Positions 44,516-53,720 of a stretch of 64,000 nt of DNA are shown piece after piece; within the stretch, counting starts at the first letter, position 1; every line of letters begins with the position of its first letter. The stretch spans positions 6,014 to 70,013 of the forward strand of contig JAXIPC010000009.1 of the NCBI GenBank assembly GCA_045403135.1, written 5' to 3'. Source of the DNA: Gemmatimonadales bacterium. Lineage in GTDB: Bacteria; Gemmatimonadota; Gemmatimonadetes; Gemmatimonadales; GWC2-71-9. Under the pieces are notes generated by a model. It saw nothing but the letters and a program-made list of their open reading frames with translations, was not told where the DNA came from and searched no databases. Position numbers and translations under genes: made by a program.

Positions 44516-46276
44516 GTGATCACGGATTCCTCCGACTTGCTCGCCGAGCTCGCTCCGCTCCTCAGCGACGTCTCCCTGGACGTTCCCTGGGCGCTCATCG
44601 AGTCCTTCTCCACTCGGAAACGGGAGCACCCGGACGACGTGCGCGCCGCCGCCGGCCAGATCATCGCCAGGCTTGGGGCGCTCGGCGTCCCGGTCACCGT
44701 GCACGAGCCGGAGATCTATCTGAGCCTGCCGGGCAAAGCCCGGGTGGAAGCGGCGGGGAACTCCTTCCGGGCGAAACCACTTGCCATGAGCCGCTCGGTT
44801 CCGGACGGGCTCACGGCGCCGCTCGTCTACGTGGCCACCGCGTTCGATCCGAACACCGACCAGGTCATTACCGGCCCCGCCGTCGGCGATACCAGCAGCG
44901 ACCTTCGCGGCAAGCTCGTACTGGCACACGGATTCGGGATGTCGTCAATGGCCCGGCACTTCGAGGAGCGCGGAGCCCTCGGGCTGATCGCGGTGCATCC
45001 AGGGAAGAATCCGCATTGGGGCATCTGCAGCACGGTCTGGGGGTCTCCCGATCTCCGGGACCTGCCCCGGAAGCCCGCGTTCGTCGTCGTCTCGGTGAGT
45101 CATGAGGACGGACTCGCTCTGATCGAGCAGGCCCGGGCGGGAAGCTCTGCGACCGTCACGGCCGAGCTCGAAGAGGGCTGGTTTGCATCCCCGATCCCTG
45201 TGGTGACCATCCCCGGTACCGAGGAACCCGACGCCTTCGTGCTCCTGCACGGACACTACGACTCCTGGGACGTCGGCGTGGGCGACAACGCGGTCGGCAA
45301 CGCGACCCTGCTCGAGATTGCCCGGGTGCTCTGGAAACACCGGGCGTCGCTCAAGCGTTCGGTGCGCATTGCCTGGTGGCCGGGGCACTCCACCGGCCGA
45401 TATGCCGGCAGCACCTGGTTCGCGGATCACTATGCCATCGACCTGTACGAATACTGCATCGCCCAGGTCAATTGCGATTCACCCGGGTGCCGCTGGGCCA
45501 CGGAATACATCGACGTCTCCTGGATGTCGGAAACAGAGGAATGGGCCCAGACGGTGATTCGTCGGATTACGGGCAAGGAGTCCAGGGGGGAGCGGCCCCA
45601 CCAGGCGGGCGACTATTCCTTCAACAACATCGGCCTCTCGTCGTATTTCATGCTGCTCTCGACCATGTCGCCCGGACTCCGGAAGGAGAAGGGTTACTAC
45701 GTCGTGGGCGGATGCGGCGGCAATATCGCGTGGCACACCGAGGAGGACACTCTCGAGATCGCCGACCGGGACATCCTGCTCACCGACATCAAGATCTACC
45801 TCGCGGCCGTGGCGGGAGCGGCGAACGCGGCGGTGACCCCCTTCGATTTCCGTCGGACCGTGGAAGAATTCGGCCGGACCCTCGATCGCTACGAGAGCGC
45901 ATGCGGCGGCGAGTTCAGCTTCGACGCGGCGCGCACCGCGCTCGCCGAGCTCGCGGCCTCCCTGGAGCGATTCTCTCCGCATTGCGCCGCGATCTCGGCG
46001 CATGGCGTGCGGGATCCTCGCGTGAAGCGAGCTAATGCGGCGATTCGCCGGCTGGCGCGCCTCCTGGTTCCAATCAACTTCACCACCGGGCCGGCTTTTT
46101 TCCACGATCCGGCCGAGACCATACCGCCGTTGCCTGACCTGGCGCCGGCCGAGCTGCTGGGCAGGGCGCCTGCCGGACGGCGGGGCTTCATCAAGACCCA
46201 TCTCACGCGGGGCCAGAACCGGCTGGTGGCGGCACTGCGGGACGGCCGCCGCGAAGTGGACGGTGCGATCGGATGA
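44516..46276 (+). CDS. M28 family metallopeptidase with PA (protease-associated) domain
   Basis: HGHYDSWDVGVGDNAVGNA and WWPGHSTGRYAGS motifs of the M28 zinc site, with a PA-like insert before them. GTG start 22 nt after the tRNA. Confidence 0.75.
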   Translation: MITDSSDLLAELAPLLSDVSLDVPWALIESFSTRKREHPDDVRAAAGQIIARLGALGVPVTVHEPEIYLSLPGKARVEAAGNSFRAKPLAMSRSVPDGLTAPLVYVATAFDPNTDQVITGPAVGDTSSDLRGKLVLAHGFGMSSMARHFEERGALGLIAVHPGKNPHWGICSTVWGSPDLRDLPRKPAFVVVSVSHEDGLALIEQARAGSSATVTAELEEGWFASPIPVVTIPGTEEPDAFVLLHGHYDSWDVGVGDNAVGNATLLEIARVLWKHRASLKRSVRIAWWPGHSTGRYAGSTWFADHYAIDLYEYCIAQVNCDSPGCRWATEYIDVSWMSETEEWAQTVIRRITGKESRGERPHQAGDYSFNNIGLSSYFMLLSTMSPGLRKEKGYYVVGGCGGNIAWHTEEDTLEIADRDILLTDIKIYLAAVAGAANAAVTPFDFRRTVEEFGRTLDRYESACGGEFSFDAARTALAELAASLERFSPHCAAISAHGVRDPRVKRANAAIRRLARLLVPINFTTGPAFFHDPAETIPPLPDLAPAELLGRAPAGRRGFIKTHLTRGQNRLVAALRDGRREVDGAIG

Positions 46277-47823
46277 GGGTGTCCCCGTGGCTTGTTCCGC
46301 TCTTCCTCCTCGGGTGCGGGGACAAATCCGCTTTGGCGTCCAACACCCTTCGCCTCGCCCTCATCAACGATCCGATCCTGAATCCGGTTCTCGCCCCGGA
46401 CCTCGGGTCTATCCTGGTCAACAAGGTGATCTTTCCGGGCCTGGTGCGGCCGGACGAGCAGCTCCGCCCGGTGCCGGACCTCGCGACGTCGTGGACGGTC
46501 TCGGAGGACGGTACGGTCTACACCTTCGCCCTGCGGCGCGGGGTAAAATGGCATGATGGGGTTCCCTTCTCCGCCCGCGACGTGCAGTTCACCTTCGAGC
46601 GCATCCTCGACCCGAAAGCGGGCGGGTTCCTCTGGTCGGACTACACCACCGTCGCGCGGGTGGAAGCACCCGATTCATTCACCGTTCGTTTCGTCTTGAA
46701 GACTCCGTTCGCAGCGTTCCTCACCCTGCTGGGATACAATACCGGCATCATTCCGGAACACGCCTTCAAGGGAATGCCGATTGCGAACAACACGGCCTTC
46801 AATCGGGGAAAGCCGATCGGGACCGGTCCCTTCCGCGCGGTCGCCGCGGTGCCCGGGTCGTCGCTCACGCTCGAACCCAATCCCGACTACTACGGGCCCC
46901 GACCGAAGCTCGCCGGCATCACCTTCAAGCTGGTCCCCGATGCCAATGCCCAGATCGCCGCGCTTCGGGCTGGAGAGCTCGACCTGGTGACGCTCGAGCC
47001 CGCCAGCCTTCCCGGCGTGGATGGGGTGGCCGGCATCGTGATCCGGCAAGCCACCGTGCCCCAGCATTATTTCGTGGGATTCAATCAGCGCCTGCCCCTC
47101 TTCAGGCCGCCCCGAGTGCGGCGCGCCCTGGAGCTGGCCGCGAACCGCCGGGCGATCGTCGATGGCGTGCTGAAGGGCGCTGCGGACCTTCCCGTAGGGA
47201 CGATTCCGGTCGCGATGGGAGACTGGTTCGCCGATTCGCTGCCTCGCGCCGCCACCGACACCGCGCAGGCGCTCCAGCTGCTGGAGGTGGAGGGATGGCG
47301 GCGTGGACCCGATAGACTGCTCCGGAACGCCAAAGGAGAGCCGTTCCGGTTTACCCTCCGGGTCGACAAGGGCAATCCCAGCCGGGAGCAATCCGCCCTG
47401 GCGCTGCAGCAGGACTGGAAATCCATCGGCATGGACGTGAGCATCGAGACCGTCGAGTTTGCCGCTCTGGTCCGCGACAACCTGCAGCCGGGCAAGTACG
47501 ACGCGATTTTGATCTGGTGGACCACACCGCCGGATCCTGATCAGTATTCCTACTACGCGACCGGACAGATCAACAACAACGTGGCCTACTCGAACCGGCG
47601 TGCCGACAGCCTGCTCCTGGCAGGAAAACAGGAGACCGATCCTGCCCATCGACGCGCCCTCTACAACGCCTTCCAGGCGCTCGAGCTCGAGGACCCACCG
47701 GTGCTCGTCCTCTATTACCCGCGGGAGATCCAGGCCATGACCGGCCGCCTGTCCGGATTCCCCCGGCTCGGCATCCGCGACGCGCTCCGGCACACCGAGA
47801 TGTTCTCCTTCGCCGAGCGGTGA
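46273..47823 (+). CDS. ABC transporter substrate-binding lipoprotein, peptide/nickel (family 5, DppA/OppA-like)
   Basis: Lipobox LFLLGC. Family-5 SBP pattern (WHDGVPFSARDV...). ATGA overlap with the peptidase stop. Confidence 0.85.
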   Translation: MRVSPWLVPLFLLGCGDKSALASNTLRLALINDPILNPVLAPDLGSILVNKVIFPGLVRPDEQLRPVPDLATSWTVSEDGTVYTFALRRGVKWHDGVPFSARDVQFTFERILDPKAGGFLWSDYTTVARVEAPDSFTVRFVLKTPFAAFLTLLGYNTGIIPEHAFKGMPIANNTAFNRGKPIGTGPFRAVAAVPGSSLTLEPNPDYYGPRPKLAGITFKLVPDANAQIAALRAGELDLVTLEPASLPGVDGVAGIVIRQATVPQHYFVGFNQRLPLFRPPRVRRALELAANRRAIVDGVLKGAADLPVGTIPVAMGDWFADSLPRAATDTAQALQLLEVEGWRRGPDRLLRNAKGEPFRFTLRVDKGNPSREQSALALQQDWKSIGMDVSIETVEFAALVRDNLQPGKYDAILIWWTTPPDPDQYSYYATGQINNNVAYSNRRADSLLLAGKQETDPAHRRALYNAFQALELEDPPVLVLYYPREIQAMTGRLSGFPRLGIRDALRHTEMFSFAER

Positions 47824-48773
47824 ACGGTCTCAGGTTTTTCGCGCGGCGGCTCCTGCAAGGCCTCCTGATCCTCTGGATCGTCACCAGCGCCACATTCGTG
47901 CTGATGCATCTGTCGCCGGGAGGTCCCGCCATGCTGGCGGACCCGAAGCTCGGCCCGGTCGAGCGAGCGGCGATCGAACAGCGCCTCGGGCTCAATCTTC
48001 CACTTCCCGCGCAGTACCTCGCCTGGCACCGCAATCTCCTCAAGGGAGATCTCGGACAGAGCTATTTGTATCAGACGCCCGCGAGCCGGACGGTGCTCGA
48101 GCGAGTGCCGAATACGCTGTTGCTCGCGGGGATCGCGCTGATCGTCAGCATCCTGATCTCCCTCCCGCTCGGGATCCGCGCCGGCCTGAACCCCGGCAGT
48201 GTCATCGACCGGCTGCTCGAGCTGGTGAGCTTCGCCGCGCTCTCGCTCCCGACCTTCTGGTACGGGATCCTTCTGATCATCCCGTTCGCCGCCCTGTGGC
48301 ACCTGCTGCCGGCGGGAGGCATCGCGACGCCTGGATTGGAGGGTTCCTTCACGGATCGGGTCCGCCACCTGATCCTGCCGGTGGCGGTGCTCGCGCTCCC
48401 GATCACGGCCGAGCTGCTGCGCTACGTCCGAAGCGGCATCGCGTCCGTCGCCACGGCACCCCACATCCCGCTCGCGCGGGCAAAGGGCCTGTCCGAACGG
48501 CTGGTCATCCGCCGGCACCTGCTCCGGAACGGGCTGCTGCCGCTGGTCACCGTATTGGGCCTGCAGGCGCCGCTGCTCGTGGGTGGCGCGGCCATCACCG
48601 AGACCGTCTTTTCCTGGCCCGGGATGGGCCGCCTTGGCGTGGAGGCGGCACTCGGCAGGGACTATCCCGTCGTGATGGCCACGACACTCGTTGTCGCGGC
48701 GGGTGTCGTCGCCGTGAACATCCTGCTCGACCTGGTGTATCGATGGATCGACCCCCGCGTGCGGATCGAGTGA
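47820..48773 (+). CDS. ABC transporter permease (DppB/OppB-like)
   Basis: 317 aa, about 6 TM, with an EAA-like loop region (ARAKGLSERLVIRRH). Confidence 0.85.
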   Translation: MNGLRFFARRLLQGLLILWIVTSATFVLMHLSPGGPAMLADPKLGPVERAAIEQRLGLNLPLPAQYLAWHRNLLKGDLGQSYLYQTPASRTVLERVPNTLLLAGIALIVSILISLPLGIRAGLNPGSVIDRLLELVSFAALSLPTFWYGILLIIPFAALWHLLPAGGIATPGLEGSFTDRVRHLILPVAVLALPITAELLRYVRSGIASVATAPHIPLARAKGLSERLVIRRHLLRNGLLPLVTVLGLQAPLLVGGAAITETVFSWPGMGRLGVEAALGRDYPVVMATTLVVAAGVVAVNILLDLVYRWIDPRVRIE

Positions 48774-48776
48774 ACG

Positions 48777-49577
48777 GTGCGCAAACTCTCCCTCCCTCTG
48801 CCCGCGATTCTGCTCCTGGCATTGCTGGCATTCTCATGGGCCGGACCGCTGGTACACCGTGCCGACCCCGATACGCTGGATTTGAGCCGGATCGCCGGCC
48901 CGCCTTCGCCGGACCATCCACTCGGCACCGATGAAAGCGGTCGGGACGTTCTGGCGCGGCTGATGGCCGGAGGACGCGTGTCCCTCGCCATCGGCACCGT
49001 GGCGGCCGCGGTGGCGCTGGTGCTGGGTGTACTGGTCGGGGGCTTCGCAGGATGGCGAGGTGGCCGGGTGGAGGGTCTCCTGATGCGCGCGACGGACGCG
49101 GCCATGGCCGTTCCGGTTCTCTTCGCCGCGCTTGCCATTCTCTCCCTCTTCGGCAGCAGTCCCCCGCTGCTGATTGGAATCATCGGCGCGACCGCGTGGA
49201 TGGGCATTGCCCGTCTGGTCCGGGCGGAAGTGGCGGTGCTCCGCCACGCCGATTTCGTCGTCGCGGCGCGGGCGCTCGGACGCGCGGGCACCAGCATCTT
49301 CCTGCACCATCTTCTTCCCCAGCTGGTGCCGGTGCTGACCGTGGCCGCGAGCGTCGGTGTGGCCCACGCCATTCTCACCGAGTCGGCCCTCTCCTACCTC
49401 GGGCTCGGAGTGCAGCCGCCGCGGGCAAGCTGGGGCAACATGCTGACCGGCGCCCAGGCTTCGCTTTACACCGCCCCGCGCCTGGCCATCTGGCCCGGTG
49501 TGATGATCCTCCTGACGACGCTGTCCTGCAACGGTCTCGGGAGGTGGCTGCGCCGGCGCACCGGGTGGCACGGATAG
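48777..49577 (+). CDS. ABC transporter permease (DppC/OppC-like)
   Basis: 266 aa. GTDESGRDVLARL N-terminal motif and AARALGRAGTSIFLHHLLP EAA loop. Confidence 0.85.
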   Translation: MRKLSLPLPAILLLALLAFSWAGPLVHRADPDTLDLSRIAGPPSPDHPLGTDESGRDVLARLMAGGRVSLAIGTVAAAVALVLGVLVGGFAGWRGGRVEGLLMRATDAAMAVPVLFAALAILSLFGSSPPLLIGIIGATAWMGIARLVRAEVAVLRHADFVVAARALGRAGTSIFLHHLLPQLVPVLTVAASVGVAHAILTESALSYLGLGVQPPRASWGNMLTGAQASLYTAPRLAIWPGVMILLTTLSCNGLGRWLRRRTGWHG

Positions 49578-49600
49578 CGGCCTCCCATTACCATCGGCCC

Positions 49601-51037
49601 ATGATTCTCACCACGCCCAGGGTCCGCTTTGCCCCGTCGCCAACCGGCTATCTGCACGTCGGCGGCGCGCGCACGGCCCTGTACAACTGGCTCTACGCCA
49701 AAAGGACCGGTGGTACCTTCGTGCTTCGCATCGAGGATACCGATTCGGAGCGAAGCACCGAGGCGAATACCCAGGTCATACTCGACGGGCTCACCTGGCT
49801 CGGGCTCGATTGGAATGAGGGCCCGATCTTTCAGGGCGCGGAGGTGGAGCGCCACCGGCGGGATGCCGAGCGGCTCCTGGCCGAGGGGAAGGCCTACCGC
49901 TGTTTCTGCACCAGGGAGGAGCTCGAGACTCAGCGTAAGGCGACCGCCGGCGGGAGTGAGAACTTCAAGTACGACCGCCGCTGCGACCGGCTACCGGCCG
50001 CCGAGGTGGCCGCCCGAGTAGCGAGGGGCATGCCCAGCGTCATCCGCTTCCGGGTGCCGCAGGAAGACATCGCCTGGTCGGATGCGGTCCACGACCGGAT
50101 CAGCTTCCACGGCCGGGACCTGGACGACATGGTCATCCTGCGCAGCGACCGGACGCCGATCTACAACATGGCGGTCGTCTCCGACGACATCGCAATGCGG
50201 ATCACCCACGTGATCCGCGGCGACGACCATATCTCCAACACACCAAAGCAGATCGCCCTCTACCAGGCGCTGGGCGCGCCGATGCCGGTGTTCGCGCATG
50301 TGCCGATGATCCTCGGCGCCGACGGGAAGAAGCTGTCCAAACGCCACGGCGCCACGGCCGTGGGCGATTACCAGGATCAGGGGATCCTCCCCGCCGCCAT
50401 GCGGAACTTCCTGGCGCTCCTGGGCTGGTCACCCGGGGAGGACCGCGAGATCATGTCGCAGGAGGAGATGGTCTCCCTCTTCACGCTGGAGGCGATTCAG
50501 AAGAAGCCCGCCGTGTTCGACACCACCAAGCTCGAGTGGATGAACGGGCAGTATCTCTCCCGGCTGCCTACCGCGGAGTTGGTGGCCCCCGTCGCGCGCG
50601 AGCTGGAGCGTATGCAGGTCCACTTCGGCGGGCCCCACCTGTTGCCTCCCTACATCGACGCAGTGAAGTCCCGCGCCCGCACGATCCTCGAGATGGCCCA
50701 GCGGGTGGCGGTGCGACTCGACTCCCGTCACGTCATCATCGACGACAAGGGCCGGAAGCTCAAAGCGAAGATGGGCGACGGATTCATCCAGAGCATCAGG
50801 ACGGCCCTCGAGATCCTGCGCCCGCTGGACGACGCGCACTGGACCCCGGACCTTATTCTCGAGACGCTCAAGGCTCGGGCGGAATCGGGAGGGATGAAGC
50901 TGGGTGATCTGCTGCAGCCGATCCGGGTGGCGCTCACCGGCTCCACGGTGTCGGAGCCGGTGAACGAGCTGCTGGCGGTGGTGGGGAGATCGTCCTCGCT
51001 GGCCCGGCTGACTCGAGCCGCCGAGCGATCATGGTGA
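49601..51037 (+). CDS. gltX: glutamate--tRNA ligase
   Basis: RFAPSPTGYLHVGGARTALYNW (HIGH region) and KLSKRHG (KMSKS). ATG 49601 chosen; the track ORF is over-extended by 183 codons. Confidence 0.95.
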   Translation: MILTTPRVRFAPSPTGYLHVGGARTALYNWLYAKRTGGTFVLRIEDTDSERSTEANTQVILDGLTWLGLDWNEGPIFQGAEVERHRRDAERLLAEGKAYRCFCTREELETQRKATAGGSENFKYDRRCDRLPAAEVAARVARGMPSVIRFRVPQEDIAWSDAVHDRISFHGRDLDDMVILRSDRTPIYNMAVVSDDIAMRITHVIRGDDHISNTPKQIALYQALGAPMPVFAHVPMILGADGKKLSKRHGATAVGDYQDQGILPAAMRNFLALLGWSPGEDREIMSQEEMVSLFTLEAIQKKPAVFDTTKLEWMNGQYLSRLPTAELVAPVARELERMQVHFGGPHLLPPYIDAVKSRARTILEMAQRVAVRLDSRHVIIDDKGRKLKAKMGDGFIQSIRTALEILRPLDDAHWTPDLILETLKARAESGGMKLGDLLQPIRVALTGSTVSEPVNELLAVVGRSSSLARLTRAAERSW

Positions 51038-51916
51038 TTTGGTCGTGTCCTTCTTTTCCGGCTTGAGCTTCTGATTCCGCTCCAGCTCCTTCTGCCGCTC
51101 CCGCTCCGCCCGCAACTCCCGAATCGCCCGCTTGAAATCCTCCAGATTCTGTGCCCGGGTCGAGGCGCGCGCGAGATCCTCCCGGATCAGCGCCAGGCGG
51201 TTGGCCTGGGAGTATTCCATGGTGACGCCGCCGCCCTTGATGGGCAGCAGGGCCAGCACTGCGGCCGGAATCTTGAGGCCCCCGAGGTAGATGTACTTGC
51301 TGTCGAGGCCGAAGGTCTTGCCGAGGATCTGAGTGGTCCAGCTCGGCAGGGCGGCGCCGGGCTGGGCCGGCGCGCTCAGAATCGAATCGATAAACTGCTG
51401 CACGATGGCGCTCACGGCGCTGTCCACCAGCTGAGCGTGGGTCTGGGCCAGCGTCTGGGCCAGCTCGCGCGGTGGCGCGGGCAAGGGCCGCACCCAGAGT
51501 TTTCCTTCGCCCATCGCAGGCCCGATCCGGCGGACTCCAGGGCCTGCGCCGGTGTCGGGGCGGGCCGGAGGGGCAGGAGTGGGCTCCAGGACCACAACCG
51601 GTGGCGCCGCCGGCGCCGACTGAACCACTTCCGGCTCAGGGGCCGGAGCCGGTTCCTGCTCCGGGCGCGGGGTGATACCCGAAGCCCGACCCCGGGTCGC
51701 CGCACCGCCAGGCTGCTGGAAGGGCATGTCGAATGCCCGCTGCCCCTCGGCACCCCGCGGCAGGAGGTAGACCCGCGCCGGCGGGAGGCGGCCCGGTGGG
51801 GCGTAGGCGCCCACCTTGACGAGAAACAGCAGCGCGTGGACGCCGACGCTGATCGCGATCGCCCACGTCGACCACCGCTTCGGGCGGGGGAGCCAGAGGC
51901 TACGCGGTTGCCGCAA
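51029..51916 (-). CDS. hypothetical membrane-anchored protein with Pro-rich spacer (TonB-like N-terminus, unrelated C-terminus)
   Basis: TM helix WAIAISVGVHALLFLV, then a PAPAPEPE-type Pro-rich linker, a globular region and a KE-rich tail. Confidence 0.5.
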   Translation of the reverse strand: MRQPRSLWLPRPKRWSTWAIAISVGVHALLFLVKVGAYAPPGRLPPARVYLLPRGAEGQRAFDMPFQQPGGAATRGRASGITPRPEQEPAPAPEPEVVQSAPAAPPVVVLEPTPAPPARPDTGAGPGVRRIGPAMGEGKLWVRPLPAPPRELAQTLAQTHAQLVDSAVSAIVQQFIDSILSAPAQPGAALPSWTTQILGKTFGLDSKYIYLGGLKIPAAVLALLPIKGGGVTMEYSQANRLALIREDLARASTRAQNLEDFKRAIRELRAERERQKELERNQKLKPEKKDTTKSP

Positions 51917-53102
51917 CCCCGCCTCCCCGAGGGGCGCTCGCGAGGGCCAGCCCCAGGCGCCCGACCGCTTCCGTAATACGTTCGGGACTCACCGTGAGGG
52001 CGATGCGTAAATACCCTTCACCGGCGGGACCGAAGGCCCGGCCGGGGAGCGTCACGACGCCATGGACCTCGAGCGCGTGCCGGGAGAACGGCGCCGACGC
52101 CACGCCGTCGGGCAGCGGAATCCACAGGTACATCGCGGCTCTGGGACTCTCGACCTCGAAGCCGGCCGTGCGGAGCGCCGCCACGCCGGCGTCGCGCCGT
52201 TCCTGCAGCAGCGCACGGACCGGGGCCACCAGCGCCTCGGCGCCATCGAGCGCCACCGCTCCCGCCTTCTGCAGCGCCAGGAACGGGCCCGTGTCCACGT
52301 AGGATTTGACCTTGCTCAGGGCCCCAATCAGCTCGGGACGCCCCGCGGCCCACCCCAGCCGCCAGCCGGTCATGGAGAAACTCTTGGAAAGGGAGAAGAA
52401 CTCGACCGCCACATCGCGTGCACCCGGTACTTCGAAGATGCTCGGCGCGATGTACCCGTCGTACGTGAGGTCGCAGTAGGCGTTGTCGTAAGCCAGGAGG
52501 ATACCGTGTTTCCGGCACACCGCCACTAACCGCTCCAGATACTCCAGCGGCGCCACCGCGGCCGTGGGATTGTTGGGATAATTGATGTAGACCAGGCGGG
52601 TCCGCTCCAGAACGGCCTTCGGCACTCGATCCAGCTCGAGCAGGAAGTCTTCGGTGGCGGAGAGAGGATAGACATAGGGCGCGGCGCCCGAGAGGATGGT
52701 GCCGCCGATGTACGCCTGGTATCCCGGCTCCGGGAGAATCACCACATTGCCCGGATTCGCGACCGCGTACGGGAGATGGGCCAACCCCTCCTTCGATCCG
52801 ATCAGCGGAAGCACTCCCGTCGCGGGATCGAAACGCTGGCCGAACCGCCGCTCCAGGTAGTCACTGCATGCCTTCCGGAACGCGGGCAACCCTTGCTGAA
52901 ATCCGTATTTGCTCAGGGCCGGGTCGTTCAAGGCTTCCCGGAGCGCTTCGACGACGACCGCGGGCGGAGGCGTGTCATTGTCACCCGCGCCCAGATCGAT
53001 AACATCGACGCCCGCTTCGAGCAGCCGCCGCTTGATCATCGGAATCTCGGCCAGGGGATACCCGGGGAGTGCCGCGAGTCGCTCGCTGAACCGAAAGTTC
53101 AT
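51900..53102 (-). CDS. class I/II PLP-dependent aminotransferase (LL-diaminopimelate aminotransferase-like)
   Basis: YINYPNNPT, SLSKSFSMTGWRLGW (PLP lysine) and N-terminal LPGYPLAEI resembling DapL/DapC-type enzymes. Confidence 0.75.
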   Translation of the reverse strand: MNFRFSERLAALPGYPLAEIPMIKRRLLEAGVDVIDLGAGDNDTPPPAVVVEALREALNDPALSKYGFQQGLPAFRKACSDYLERRFGQRFDPATGVLPLIGSKEGLAHLPYAVANPGNVVILPEPGYQAYIGGTILSGAAPYVYPLSATEDFLLELDRVPKAVLERTRLVYINYPNNPTAAVAPLEYLERLVAVCRKHGILLAYDNAYCDLTYDGYIAPSIFEVPGARDVAVEFFSLSKSFSMTGWRLGWAAGRPELIGALSKVKSYVDTGPFLALQKAGAVALDGAEALVAPVRALLQERRDAGVAALRTAGFEVESPRAAMYLWIPLPDGVASAPFSRHALEVHGVVTLPGRAFGPAGEGYLRIALTVSPERITEAVGRLGLALASAPRGGGVAATA

Positions 53103-53719
53103 TGGCCTTTCCCCATGACGGGATTGCGAAGAACGCCGACGCCGGACACTTCGACCTCGACCACGTCGCCGTGGGCGAGTGGACCGACCCCTGCGGGCGT
53201 CCCGGTCGCCACCAGATCACCCGGCTCGAGTGTCATGACCCCGGAGATGTAGGCCAGCAGCACGGGGATGGAAAACACCATATCGGACGTCTTTCCCCGC
53301 TGCCGCTCCTGCCCGTTCACCCGCGCCACGACCTCCAGCCTCCGCCAGTCCAGCCCGCCGACGACCGCGGGGCCCACCGGGCAAAACGTGTCGAATCCCT
53401 TGGCCCGGGTCCACTGGCCGTCGGACCTTTGCAGATCGCGGGCCGTGACGTCGTTCAGACACACAAACCCTCCAATGCCTCTCTCCGCCTCATCCGCGAG
53501 TACTCCGCGTAATCTGCGTCCCACAACTACGCCGATCTCCGCCTCGAACTCCACCCGGCTCGACGCCTCCGGCAAGACGATCGCTTCGCCGTCGCCAATG
53601 ATCGCGCTGGGCGGTTTCAGGAAGAGGAGCGGCGCGGCGGGCACCTCGTTCCCCAGCTCCCTGGCGTGGTCGGCGTAGTTGCGTCCGACGCAGACGATCT
53701 TCGTGGGCGACGGCCTCAT
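53099..53719 (-). CDS. fumarylacetoacetate hydrolase (FAH) family protein
   Basis: KIVCVGRNYADHARE, LFLKPPSA, EAEIGVVVG and TPAGVG motifs. ATG 53719 chosen. Confidence 0.85.
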   Translation of the reverse strand: MRPSPTKIVCVGRNYADHARELGNEVPAAPLLFLKPPSAIIGDGEAIVLPEASSRVEFEAEIGVVVGRRLRGVLADEAERGIGGFVCLNDVTARDLQRSDGQWTRAKGFDTFCPVGPAVVGGLDWRRLEVVARVNGQERQRGKTSDMVFSIPVLLAYISGVMTLEPGDLVATGTPAGVGPLAHGDVVEVEVSGVGVLRNPVMGKGQ

Positions 53720-53720
53720 G

